64,000 bases of DNA from a virus: the IMG/VR virus record IMGVR_UViG_3300042375_000684; one strand, 5' to 3'. The notes beneath the pieces were generated by a model that was given only the letters and a program-made list of their open reading frames with translations, ran no database searches and was not told the DNA's origin. This document shows positions 54,585-63,429 of the stretch, piece by piece; position 1 is the stretch's first letter; every line of letters starts with the position of its first letter. The translations under genes were made by a program, and so were the position numbers.

Positions 54585-54931
54585 TCTCTCCCAATCTTTT
54601 TCTCTGGAACATTTGCAACAGCAATAGAAATTTCTTCGATATAGAATTCGGATTTTAATCCATTTTCTTCATCATCATCGTGATACCATTCAGACCAATA
54701 ATCATAAACAAGACGAAATGATTTACCATCTTCAAATACAAAATCATGTGTTTCATTACCACCGCAGTCGTAGTCCCAATGTCTGATGTGAGCATAAAAG
54801 TAATTTATAATTGAATTTTGATATACATCACCGTGATCATCATAATTTTTGTCTGTATATTCAATCCAAGCTTTAGGTATATTACCAATACCAGCTCTAT
54901 AGACAGTGTTTTTGGTGGTTGTAAATTTCAT
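54575..54931 (-). CDS. Hypothetical protein
   Basis: ORF track. Confidence 0.55.
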   Translation of the reverse strand: MKFTTTKNTVYRAGIGNIPKAWIEYTDKNYDDHGDVYQNSIINYFYAHIRHWDYDCGGNETHDFVFEDGKSFRLVYDYWSEWYHDDDEENGLKSEFYIEEISIAVANVPEKKIGRDWL

Positions 54932-55179
54932 TCTTTGTATAACTCATCTGGTTTTAAAAAGTCGACTTGGCACGTTGTCGTGAATTTATTATCGGGAAAT
55001 GCAGATTGCTTCAACTCTATTAGAGTATCTTGATCCGAATATGACGCATTTATATCACTCGCAATAAGTTGAGTTAGATCAAGACATTCTCCGAGTGTCT
55101 GGCCTTCGTATCCCATTGAAAATACTACGGTACCTGCATACCATAATGTAGCCCAATAAGTCATATTGTAGTGAACCAC
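54928..55179 (-). CDS. Hypothetical protein
   Basis: ORF track. Confidence 0.5.
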   Translation of the reverse strand: MVHYNMTYWATLWYAGTVVFSMGYEGQTLGECLDLTQLIASDINASYSDQDTLIELKQSAFPDNKFTTTCQVDFLKPDELYKE

Positions 55180-55361
55180 TTCTTGAGGTATTTTGCCATA
55201 TCATCCCTGCATTCAAATGTAAAACTTTTAGTAAATTCAGATGCGTCATATACCCATTCAAAGAAACTCATAAAAATAAATGTGATATAAGAAAATACAA
55301 GGAATGCAACAACAAATGGTGTTGCTGGTAATTTAATTAGTATACGAATTATTTTTTTCAT
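55161..55361 (-). CDS. Small membrane protein
   Basis: One TM segment. Confidence 0.55.
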   Translation of the reverse strand: MKKIIRILIKLPATPFVVAFLVFSYITFIFMSFFEWVYDASEFTKSFTFECRDDMAKYLKKWFTTI

Positions 55362-55490
55362 TCATCATCATCCTCGTGAACCCATTCTTGGTCCTGATCG
55401 GTGAATCCATCTTCTAGCATTGCAGCAAAGATATCATCATAGATATGATCATCACCTTCGATAAGCATCATGCACCATTTTGCGTATTGT

Positions 55491-55715
55491 TCAGCCGTTG
55501 CCATCTTGTATTCCTTCTTTGTTAATAAGTTCAATTACTTTCAGTATTGAGTGCCGAGTCATATAACACTCATCCTTGTAGCGTTGTATAATTTCGTCTT
55601 TGGTAAGTGGACTGTGTCTGAAACCAACTTCTAGCGGATTGTATGTTGGATTTTCTAGACAGTTTGCCCAATATTCAAGATTCACTAGAATATCAATAGT
55701 CTTCATCTGGACCAA
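55491..55715 (-). CDS. Hypothetical protein
   Basis: ORF track. Confidence 0.5.
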   Translation of the reverse strand: MVQMKTIDILVNLEYWANCLENPTYNPLEVGFRHSPLTKDEIIQRYKDECYMTRHSILKVIELINKEGIQDGNG

Positions 55716-55896
55716 ATACTGTTAGGATACTTTGTATTTCTTCAAATACTAGTTTATATTGTCTGACTGCTTTTAATAGTTGTTTATCTTGAATATCATC
55801 AATGTTTAGATAATCAAGGAACGTATGTTCAATTCCTTCGTACTCTGCTTTATTCCACAGTTCTTCATTACTGAAACCTTTAACTAGTTGTGCCAT
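55693..55896 (-). CDS. Hypothetical protein
   Basis: ORF track. Confidence 0.55.
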   Translation of the reverse strand: MAQLVKGFSNEELWNKAEYEGIEHTFLDYLNIDDIQDKQLLKAVRQYKLVFEEIQSILTVFGPDEDY

Positions 55897-56489
55897 TAAA
55901 TCATTCCGATACTTTCAAATAGTAGCCTATCAATAGGCCACTGCTTTTCACGGTAATTCTTTGCATCAAGAGCAAGATCTTCAATATTGACTGGTGTATA
56001 GTTCCGCATTTCTACACATACGGAAGTATAAGGGCCCATTTTTGGCGAACCCATTGTATGGGTATGACCGTGAACTTGGAACATCGGTGTGTCAATATTC
56101 TTGCCACGGAATAGTGAAGATGGATGTAATGGCACGTGATGAAAGACTAAACCATGATCAGTAAACATTCTCCAAAATAGTGTCTTCTTAAAAAATCCAC
56201 CACTCGATAGAAATTGAATATCATCGTGATTACCAACGATCAATCGCTTGGAGCCATTAAACTTTGGCCACGCGATTTTAAACTCGTCTTTGCTCCCAAA
56301 AAACGTGTCACCAAGTGTGTATACAATATCACCAGGCTTCACAACAGAATTCCAACGGTCGATCAAGAACTCATTCATCTGATCTACAGTATCAAATTCA
56401 CGAGTACGATTACCTTTATAGTCAATAAAATTCAAAATGTTAGCGTGATTGTAGTGTAAATCCGAAATAACCCAGATATCTTTACTCAT
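55896..56489 (-). CDS. Calcineurin-like metallophosphoesterase
   Basis: SDLHYNH, LGD, VGNHD, VHGHTH. Confidence 0.88.
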   Translation of the reverse strand: MSKDIWVISDLHYNHANILNFIDYKGNRTREFDTVDQMNEFLIDRWNSVVKPGDIVYTLGDTFFGSKDEFKIAWPKFNGSKRLIVGNHDDIQFLSSGGFFKKTLFWRMFTDHGLVFHHVPLHPSSLFRGKNIDTPMFQVHGHTHTMGSPKMGPYTSVCVEMRNYTPVNIEDLALDAKNYREKQWPIDRLLFESIGMI

Positions 56490-56540
56490 GATATATTCTT
56501 TCTTTGTACTCAGTTTACTATATACAAAATATAGTAAATG

Positions 56541-56807
56541 TCAACCATTTTTTAACTTTTCCCACACTTCTTGCATTATTTTTAGTGAAAGTTGATCTGG
56601 GTGCTCGAGAGCATAATCAACACCATCACGTATCTCGGGAGTCCAACTTGTATCCCAGAGTTTAAATTCATTCCGAATTGTCCTTCCGATAGTTCCATGA
56701 TATACTGACAATTTGTCTTTTGGTGTATTTACAAATTCTTTCTTTATTTCTTTAAGTGTTTCTTTATTCAGAAGTTGCACGACTTCACTTACCATATCAT
56801 CAAACAT
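56541..56807 (-). CDS. Hypothetical protein
   Basis: GRTIRNEFKLW...HPDQLS. Confidence 0.65.
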   Translation of the reverse strand: MFDDMVSEVVQLLNKETLKEIKKEFVNTPKDKLSVYHGTIGRTIRNEFKLWDTSWTPEIRDGVDYALEHPDQLSLKIMQEVWEKLKNG

Positions 56808-56808
56808 C

Positions 56809-57918
56809 TTAGTTCCTCACCAATTTAATTTTTTCACTTGCTCTTGTTACCGCAGTATAAAGCCACTTCCACCTATCATCACGGAAACACCACGACTCGT
56901 CTTGGATCAAAACATACGGCCATTGAGAACCTTGTGCTTTGTGAGTTGTAATTGCATATGCATAATCAAATTGTTGTGAACCCTTTAGGAGTTTCCAATC
57001 TGGTTTTGCAACATCATCCATGAATAAACTTTTGTGAACCTTTGCCATAATCGGTGGCCGTTCTTCATCTTGTGACTCAAGTCTCATGTGCATAAAACTT
57101 GTTTTATATTTAGAAGTAAGAATTTGTTGAATGTCAAAAATCCCGCCATTGAAGATACCAAGGTCTTTATCATTCTGTAAACAAATAATCTTGTCTCCGA
57201 CCACTGGTGTATCTGGATCAAGTTTCTTCAATTTACGAATTTTTCTATTCATTTCAAAACGAGTAATATTTCTTCCAACCAATAATTGATCTGCTTCTAG
57301 AACATCTTTAGAACTTATCTTTTCAACCACACTACTTTGCTCATAGTCACCATAATCTGGCATGATACCTTGCCGAACTTGAGTTGCTAGATAGATAATT
57401 GGATTGTCTTTTGCCTGGCGATGAATTTCAGTCAACATGAAGTCCGGTGTTCCGGCAGTAAAATATCCAGTGCCTGAAATAGGTGGCAACTGACCTGGAT
57501 CACCTAGAACAAGAATTGGTTTTTTAAACCACAAAAGATCCTTGGCAAGATCTTCATCAACCATGGAACATTCGTCAATAATAATCAGTTTTGCACTATT
57601 AATGAACGAACCTTTATTTAAGTGAAAAGTCACTTCCCCTGTATTCTTATCTTGTTCTGCAAGGTAGATCATGCTGTGGATTGTTCGAGCTTCCTCACAC
57701 CCATTTTTGCGCATGACCAGTGATGCTTTACCTGTAAATGCCCCGAAAAATACGTCACCATCAATACCTTCCGCAAAATGTTTGGCCAGAGTAGTCTTAC
57801 CTACACCAGCAAACCCGCCAAGATAAAAGAATGGTTTGTCGGGTCTTCTGCTAGTGTAATACTCTTGCACCCATTTATCTACGGCCTTTAAAGCCTCATT
57901 TTGTTGTGATGTCCACAT
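56809..57918 (-). CDS. dda: SF1B helicase (Dda/RecD-like)
   Basis: GFAGVGKTT, IIDECSM, GDPGQLPP, LTEIHRQ, YAITTHKAQGS. Confidence 0.85.
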   Translation of the reverse strand: MWTSQQNEALKAVDKWVQEYYTSRRPDKPFFYLGGFAGVGKTTLAKHFAEGIDGDVFFGAFTGKASLVMRKNGCEEARTIHSMIYLAEQDKNTGEVTFHLNKGSFINSAKLIIIDECSMVDEDLAKDLLWFKKPILVLGDPGQLPPISGTGYFTAGTPDFMLTEIHRQAKDNPIIYLATQVRQGIMPDYGDYEQSSVVEKISSKDVLEADQLLVGRNITRFEMNRKIRKLKKLDPDTPVVGDKIICLQNDKDLGIFNGGIFDIQQILTSKYKTSFMHMRLESQDEERPPIMAKVHKSLFMDDVAKPDWKLLKGSQQFDYAYAITTHKAQGSQWPYVLIQDESWCFRDDRWKWLYTAVTRASEKIKLVRN

Positions 57919-57976
57919 AAAATATCCTTTATAGTATAATGGTACCAATTTAACATATATATTTGATTAGTCAACT

Positions 57977-58002
57977 AAAAAAGCGACCGAAGTCGCTTTT
58001 TC
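57977..58002. terminator. Bidirectional intrinsic terminator
   Basis: A6-GCGAC-CGAA-GTCGC-T6 (UUCG loop on the minus strand). Confidence 0.9.
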
Positions 58003-58257
58003 TTATTTTGTCTTTTCAAGAACTTTTTTCATGAACCTGTGCTCTTTAATCTTAGGGTATAGAGCGATTCCAATTTGTCTTGTATTTTCGAGCATTTTCT
58101 CTGTAACAACTGGCCGTGTCAATTCAAATAATGCTTGATTTTCAACTTTGATCCGGTTATTTCGTGCATCATTGAGTTTCCAAACATTTGCCATCCATTT
58201 AACATACTCTTTATATTCTGGAGTATGCATTTCATCGGCTGTGAAGTACATTTTCAT
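58003..58257 (-). CDS. Hypothetical protein
   Basis: ORF coupled to NAMPT. Confidence 0.6.
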   Translation of the reverse strand: MKMYFTADEMHTPEYKEYVKWMANVWKLNDARNNRIKVENQALFELTRPVVTEKMLENTRQIGIALYPKIKEHRFMKKVLEKTK

Positions 58258-58258
58258 G

Positions 58259-59758
58259 TTAATACCTATCTACAATAACGTCTTCGTACTCTGCTGGTTT
58301 GAGCTCAGACCGCTCACGAACTTGCTCGAACGTAGACTTGTTGAACAGCTCGCCGTTCAGGTATACCAGCTTCAAGAGGTTGTCTTCTGGTGTTACCATT
58401 TCCTCTGGTAGAGTTCTGTATCCGCAAGACCCCAAACCACATTGGCGTACCAGAGCAAGACGACCCTCTTTAGACTTTTTGCCGTGATCGCCAACTGGAT
58501 CCTTGCTGAACCCAACCCAAGGACCGTCAGCAATTCGAATTGCACTGGCCTTCATTGCATATTTCAGAGTATCACGATTCCATGCTTGCAACAGTCCGCC
58601 TCCCATACCAAATGCGATATTCTCTAGACTATAACCTGCCGCAATGATATTGTCAACAAGTACTTGCAGAGTATGTTCGTTCAAACCGTCACCTTGAATA
58701 ACTTTGACAATAGGTGATCCGTCTGGACGTTTTGCAAGAACTTTGTAGCCCTTGCTATTGACAGTGTAGCCAAAGCATTCTGCGAGGATGTCCATGATTT
58801 CAATTGGAACGGTCATCGGATCGCCAGAGTCAGGGCGGACGACCAAAGTGCCACCACTGTCGATCACCAAGTCTTTGAGTTGATTACCCCAAAGTTCACG
58901 AACTGCTTCGTAGATGTTGTAACTATCAGACACGCAGGCATAGATGCTTCCCGCAAAGCTGAACTGCGTAACCATATTGCGGTATGCTTCAACCTCGTTA
59001 GCACGACCCCAGCTGGTAACGGTGCTGTGCTCACTAGCAGGAATGGTCCGAGCAACAGGAGGTGCATCCAGACTAGTAATGTCAGCATCGTAGTATGCAT
59101 ATGCACCAAGAATACCTTCGACTGTATCCGACCCCCAGAAGTTAACCAAGTGACTCATACCACCAAGAACAGCACTTTCAGTTGAGCTTACACCGCGTCC
59201 ACCAAAGTCGTGCAGAGCAAACTTGATCACCAAATTCATCAACACGTCAACGGGAATGTCAGAGGTTTTCACCAGAGCCTTTGCAATGATCTTCTTGAAC
59301 TTACGGCTCTTGGTAGCAACAGTAGAAGGATACCAAACCCCACGCAACAGTGCCATTTCGATGTAGGAGGTCAGCCAGCCAAATCCACTCGTGGTATTTT
59401 TGACCTGCACTTGGACGTTATGAGTTTCCATAACGGTTCCCTCTGGAACGGCAGTGATTTCGAGTGGCAAAAATCCACCAAACTCGTTGAGCACACGTTC
59501 CCAACCTTCACGATTGAAGGGAGCGCCGTATACTTTGAAGATCAGCTCAGCAAAGTTGATGTCCGCCATAGTAATTGGTGTGGTCATGTAATCCATGATC
59601 CAAGCCTGTCCACCAAAGAAGGTACTTTTGTCTTCCCCACCACGAGACTCAATATATGAGCTGATGTGAGTTGTGCCTGGCGGGTATTGTTTAAATTGGG
59701 ATGGTTTGTAACCGTCAGTGCGCAGAATCGCAGTGAGTAGGTGTAGAATGTTTTTCAT
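58259..59758 (-). CDS. nadV: Nicotinamide phosphoribosyltransferase (NAMPT)
   Basis: TDGYKPSQ, LHDFGGRG, IPASEHS, VSDSY, VRPDSG, IQGDG, FGMGGGLLQ. Confidence 0.93.
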   Translation of the reverse strand: MKNILHLLTAILRTDGYKPSQFKQYPPGTTHISSYIESRGGEDKSTFFGGQAWIMDYMTTPITMADINFAELIFKVYGAPFNREGWERVLNEFGGFLPLEITAVPEGTVMETHNVQVQVKNTTSGFGWLTSYIEMALLRGVWYPSTVATKSRKFKKIIAKALVKTSDIPVDVLMNLVIKFALHDFGGRGVSSTESAVLGGMSHLVNFWGSDTVEGILGAYAYYDADITSLDAPPVARTIPASEHSTVTSWGRANEVEAYRNMVTQFSFAGSIYACVSDSYNIYEAVRELWGNQLKDLVIDSGGTLVVRPDSGDPMTVPIEIMDILAECFGYTVNSKGYKVLAKRPDGSPIVKVIQGDGLNEHTLQVLVDNIIAAGYSLENIAFGMGGGLLQAWNRDTLKYAMKASAIRIADGPWVGFSKDPVGDHGKKSKEGRLALVRQCGLGSCGYRTLPEEMVTPEDNLLKLVYLNGELFNKSTFEQVRERSELKPAEYEDVIVDRY

Positions 59759-59807
59759 AATAGAACTCCTCTATTGTTAGTGTTGTTACCAATTCTCTCT
59801 GAACTGG
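59759..59807 (-). ncRNA. Two-hairpin 5' leader motif, copy 1 (nadV)
   Basis: CCAGUUC-AGAGA-GAAUUGG ... AAUAGA-GGAGU-UCUAUU-AUG. Confidence 0.7.
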
Positions 59808-59852
59808 ATTTAGTTTAAATATATACTACTTTACTTGTTTGTCAACTGATTC

Positions 59853-60146
59853 TTATGCGGCTTGATCTTGGGCATCATGCCATTCTACAGTCCATTTTTG
59901 TAATTTTCTGTGGCCTTTTGGCCAATCATTCATGCCAAGGTATGTGACTTGATCACAGCATGGGCATTTAAAGCATACAGTTGGATTACAATCACATTTT
60001 TCATCAAAGTAACCTGGGCGATAGCGTAGATCATTCCAATCAATTTCAAGTAGTGCTTCGCAGCCTTCATTATCGCCACCCCAACCAGTGCAGCGATGTT
60101 GAATGGTCCATTGTTCTTTTGTTTTGCCTAGTTCAAGAATTTTCAT
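59853..60146 (-). CDS. Hypothetical Cys-containing protein
   Basis: ORF track. Confidence 0.6.
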   Translation of the reverse strand: MKILELGKTKEQWTIQHRCTGWGGDNEGCEALLEIDWNDLRYRPGYFDEKCDCNPTVCFKCPCCDQVTYLGMNDWPKGHRKLQKWTVEWHDAQDQAA

Positions 60147-60174
60147 AGCTTCTCCAATACTTCATCTAATTCTT

Positions 60175-60330
60175 TCAGGAAACTCCAGGCGGGATTATCG
60201 CCCGAAGTATGTTTTCATTATCAATATATAATGAAACCAAATAACCTAATTCTTGAAGTTCTCGTTTATTGGCAGAGATATTCAAGACATAATCTGATGC
60301 TGTTAGTTGTACATCCATTTGTTTATCCAA
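60175..60330 (-). CDS. Small hypothetical protein
   Basis: 3' part of track ORF; start uncertain. Confidence 0.4.
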   Translation of the reverse strand: MDKQMDVQLTASDYVLNISANKRELQELGYLVSLYIDNENILRAIIPPGVS

Positions 60331-61387
60331 TGTTAATGAAGTTGTCGATGATATGAAAATGATCTTCGAAGAGCTTCTCTTGTTTGACTTGGTTGAATGG
60401 AACCCAGAACGCTTTTTCAGCATCATCGGAACCTTTGACCTTTGGAAGTTCACCAACACCAAGGTCAATCAAGAATGCCTGTGTGATGGTACGACCACGA
60501 GATGAGCGGTTCGGAGCATCAAAAGTCTTGGACTCTTTGATAGAACCCTTGAGAACGGGAACAGGAACCTTGATTTTTGTTTCCTCTTTCAACTCACGGA
60601 TAGCCCCATCAAGCATAGTTTCATCTTGATTGAGGAACCCGCCAGGCAGCGCCCATAGTCCTTTTCCTGGCATGTCGCCACGTTTCACGAGAAGGATGTG
60701 ACCTGACTGAATAACAACAGAGTCAACAGTCATGAAGGTTGGTGGGAACGGCGCAGATTTCCAAGCTTCCTTGTATTTCTTGACCATATCATATTCTTTA
60801 GAAAGAGTATCCCATGCACCGCCAATTTTGGCATTTTGCATGATAGTATTAGCCATCGCATCATATGAAGGTTTTGGCATTGCGGCAGCAATTTTACTTG
60901 GGGACCCATTTTCACCGAACAACATCTTCCGAATATCAGTAGCATTGATACCGTTAACATCACCAACTTCGACATGGTCCTTCCAACGAGGAAAGATGTT
61001 CAAGTAGTAACTAGTACTGTCCTTCGAATGACCGATAAGACCAACATCTTTTGCATCAGGGACGGTTTCATCAACAATCTTCTGGATCGCGTTGACCCAC
61101 TTGTTGTCGTCATATGGAAAGTCAGAGACTGGAACCACTTTGATGCGAGGTGTCTTGTTTCGACCCTGTGCACCGTCATAAGTGAAGTGCTTTGGTTCAT
61201 TGAAGCAAGCTTCAATCATAGTCTTGCGTTCTTGGAATGTAAAGGGATTTCGGATATTTCGTGCGGCAAAAGAGGAACCGACTACGATTACTACTTCTTT
61301 TGCTTGTTCTAATGCAGCATCAATAACTGCTTTGTGTCCATTGTGAAACGGTTGGAATCTTCCGATAAAAACTAGTGCATCGCGCAT
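60323..61387 (-). CDS. nadM: Bifunctional NMN adenylyltransferase / ADP-ribose Nudix hydrolase
   Basis: IGRFQPFHNGH, RNPFT, INATDIR; Nudix box GGFLNQDETMLDGAIRELKEET. Confidence 0.93.
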   Translation of the reverse strand: MRDALVFIGRFQPFHNGHKAVIDAALEQAKEVVIVVGSSFAARNIRNPFTFQERKTMIEACFNEPKHFTYDGAQGRNKTPRIKVVPVSDFPYDDNKWVNAIQKIVDETVPDAKDVGLIGHSKDSTSYYLNIFPRWKDHVEVGDVNGINATDIRKMLFGENGSPSKIAAAMPKPSYDAMANTIMQNAKIGGAWDTLSKEYDMVKKYKEAWKSAPFPPTFMTVDSVVIQSGHILLVKRGDMPGKGLWALPGGFLNQDETMLDGAIRELKEETKIKVPVPVLKGSIKESKTFDAPNRSSRGRTITQAFLIDLGVGELPKVKGSDDAEKAFWVPFNQVKQEKLFEDHFHIIDNFINIG

Positions 61388-61389
61388 TT

Positions 61390-61433
61390 GCAAAAACTCC
61401 TTTTGCTATATTGAGTGATCCTCTCTGGATCAC
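61390..61433 (-). ncRNA. Two-hairpin 5' leader motif, copy 2 (nadM-Nudix)
   Basis: GUGAUCC-AGAGA-GGAUCAC ... GCAAAA-GGAGU-UUUUGC-aa-AUG. Confidence 0.7.
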
Positions 61434-61438
61434 ATGTT

Positions 61439-61469
61439 TATTTATAATCTATAGTTGGTATTTTGTCAA
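61439..61469 (-). promoter_or_regulatory. Composite early/late promoter
   Basis: TTGACA-17-TATAAA(TA): the -10 hexamer is part of an exact TATAAATA. Confidence 0.7.
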
Positions 61470-61472
61470 CAA

Positions 61473-62114
61473 TTATTTACGACCAGTTGGGCAATTTCGT
61501 TCGGCACCACGTTTCTGGTATGTTTCAGCAATCGCCAATTCATGATTAATTGAGTTACCTTTCAGTGCATACACATCTTTTGAAACACTGATTTTAACAA
61601 ATGTACGAATACCAGGTTGAATGTTTGTATCAACTTTATGCAAGACTCGTTGATCAAGTTTCATGAGGTTCTTATTTGCATAACGGAATTGTTTTGACGG
61701 ATCAGGTTCACATAATTGGTTCATTTCATCTAGTGAATGAACATGATCAGCAGAAAAACTGTGAAGTGAATTGTCACAGAAAAACACTGTGGGATTTTTG
61801 TCAGACCAAATGTAGTTTAGATCACCCGTCATAAAACCATCGCTGTGCCAACCAGGGCGATTGCCAGGTGTTTCGGGTTTGACATAAAGTGTTTTTGCAG
61901 TAATGTAAACATAATCATTGTCCCATTCATCGGCACGATCAAGTTTTACTTTTTCAACTAATGGCAAGAATTGCATTAGATTTGCGGGGATTACGGTATC
62001 AGACATGCCAGGAGTTTTAATTGGACAATACATCCAAAACATCATTTCAGTAGGATCAAGTTCTACCGGACCTAAATTTTCAGGTTGGGTTCCATAAATC
62101 TTATCAGTCGTCAT
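61473..62114 (-). CDS. Putative 2OG-Fe(II) dioxygenase-fold protein
   Basis: PGWHSDG (HxD), distal VLH, RTF; family call by motif only. Confidence 0.55.
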   Translation of the reverse strand: MTTDKIYGTQPENLGPVELDPTEMMFWMYCPIKTPGMSDTVIPANLMQFLPLVEKVKLDRADEWDNDYVYITAKTLYVKPETPGNRPGWHSDGFMTGDLNYIWSDKNPTVFFCDNSLHSFSADHVHSLDEMNQLCEPDPSKQFRYANKNLMKLDQRVLHKVDTNIQPGIRTFVKISVSKDVYALKGNSINHELAIAETYQKRGAERNCPTGRK

Positions 62115-62117
62115 GAT

Positions 62118-62159
62118 GCAAAAACTCCTTTTGCGGTATCAATGATCCTCTCTGGATCA
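62118..62159 (-). ncRNA. Two-hairpin 5' leader motif, copy 3
   Basis: UGAUCC-AGAGA-GGAUCA ... GCAAAA-GGAGU-UUUUGC-auc-AUG; AATAAATA just upstream. Confidence 0.7.
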
Positions 62160-62306
62160 GATGCTTATTTATTAATTTGCTTTACAGATGCGAACCATCC
62201 AACGGTAAAAACCGAATTTTCGGCTTTGACTGACTTTAGCACCTTGAGAAAGAATAAAGTCACGGTCGATATTCATCTTACGTAGAGGCATGTGTTGTTC
62301 CTTTTC

Positions 62307-62349
62307 ACCTTATAGAATCAGTATAAACTATTCAGGTGGTACTGTCAAC
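62307..62349 (-). promoter_or_regulatory. Repeated early promoter cassette (class A)
   Basis: Same repeat. Confidence 0.9.
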
Positions 62350-62653
62350 CCTTCTTTTCACAATCGGGATAAGTACAATGCAAATTATGTAAAGGGCAGT
62401 TACCGTTTTCATCTTTGTTTGGACATATTGACTCTGTTTCTTCTAATAGACTAATGAGTCGTTCAGCACCTGCTTTTGCATCAGCTGCCATTACATCAGG
62501 TGAATATCCAAGCAGATATGCAGCAACCATGGCACCATAAAGGGAAGCAAGAAGATCATCAGCATCTTTACTATCTTCAAGTTGTTGCAGCCATTCCTGT
62601 AGGTGAATGGCTGCATTATTATTGATTTTCTTTACTCGTTCATCTTCACTCAT
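62345..62653 (-). CDS. Hypothetical protein with C-terminal Cys/His cluster
   Basis: CPNKDENGNCPLHNLHCTYPDC. Confidence 0.6.
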   Translation of the reverse strand: MSEDERVKKINNNAAIHLQEWLQQLEDSKDADDLLASLYGAMVAAYLLGYSPDVMAADAKAGAERLISLLEETESICPNKDENGNCPLHNLHCTYPDCEKKG

Positions 62654-63429
62654 TTCACATATCCTACTCTCTGGTCAAGTGTATAGTCACCAAAGAACAC
62701 AAGATCAAGTTCTTGAATTTTAGTTCGTTTAACAAGAACATCAGCATCTGGACGTTTATGTTCTGGTATCTTCATAAGTTCTGCTTGAGTCAAATATGAC
62801 TCAACAGTAACTGGCTTTGCATAAGTGCCATACTTATATTTGTTTGGAAGCTCGGCCCAATCAGTAAAATAGTCAGACTTAAGAAGTGCTTTCATTTCTT
62901 CACCTGATAGACCGTGCATCTTCGAATGACCCACAGTCCAACGAAATAGTGATGAAATACTGTTCTTTCGAGCATCTTGAACACGCCACAAAAGTACGTT
63001 TGATGCTTCGGCAAGGTCAGGAACAGCCCATGCACGGCAGTCAAAGAAAGCAGGTTTATCCATCTTTACACACTCAGAAAGAGTGGCATTAAAATGGAAT
63101 GTTGCCATAGATGCAAGGATCGAGTTGATCTTTGATACTTTACCACCGAACATATATTCAGATGACTTCTCACCTGGTGTGTAGATCAATGTGATTTCGT
63201 CCGATTGTGTATACCCAATACTTGCATGAGTGTACTTGACAAGGTTCATCATAGTGTTGACCATGACACCACCAAGGATATCATCGAATGGCTTCTTGAA
63301 ACCTTTTGTGAATTTACTGAAACCTTTGCCGTCGATCCGAACACAAAGGATCTTATCAATTGGTACATAAGCTTCTGTATATTCGTGTTCGTGTGCTTTC
63401 ATCCTGTCGCCAAATTCATCGTTTTTCAT
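62650..63429 (-). CDS. tRNA(His) guanylyltransferase Thg1-like protein
   Basis: RIDGKGFSKFT, GYTQSDEITL, GKVSKINSILAS, FDCR. Confidence 0.9.
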   Translation of the reverse strand: MKNDEFGDRMKAHEHEYTEAYVPIDKILCVRIDGKGFSKFTKGFKKPFDDILGGVMVNTMMNLVKYTHASIGYTQSDEITLIYTPGEKSSEYMFGGKVSKINSILASMATFHFNATLSECVKMDKPAFFDCRAWAVPDLAEASNVLLWRVQDARKNSISSLFRWTVGHSKMHGLSGEEMKALLKSDYFTDWAELPNKYKYGTYAKPVTVESYLTQAELMKIPEHKRPDADVLVKRTKIQELDLVFFGDYTLDQRVGYVK

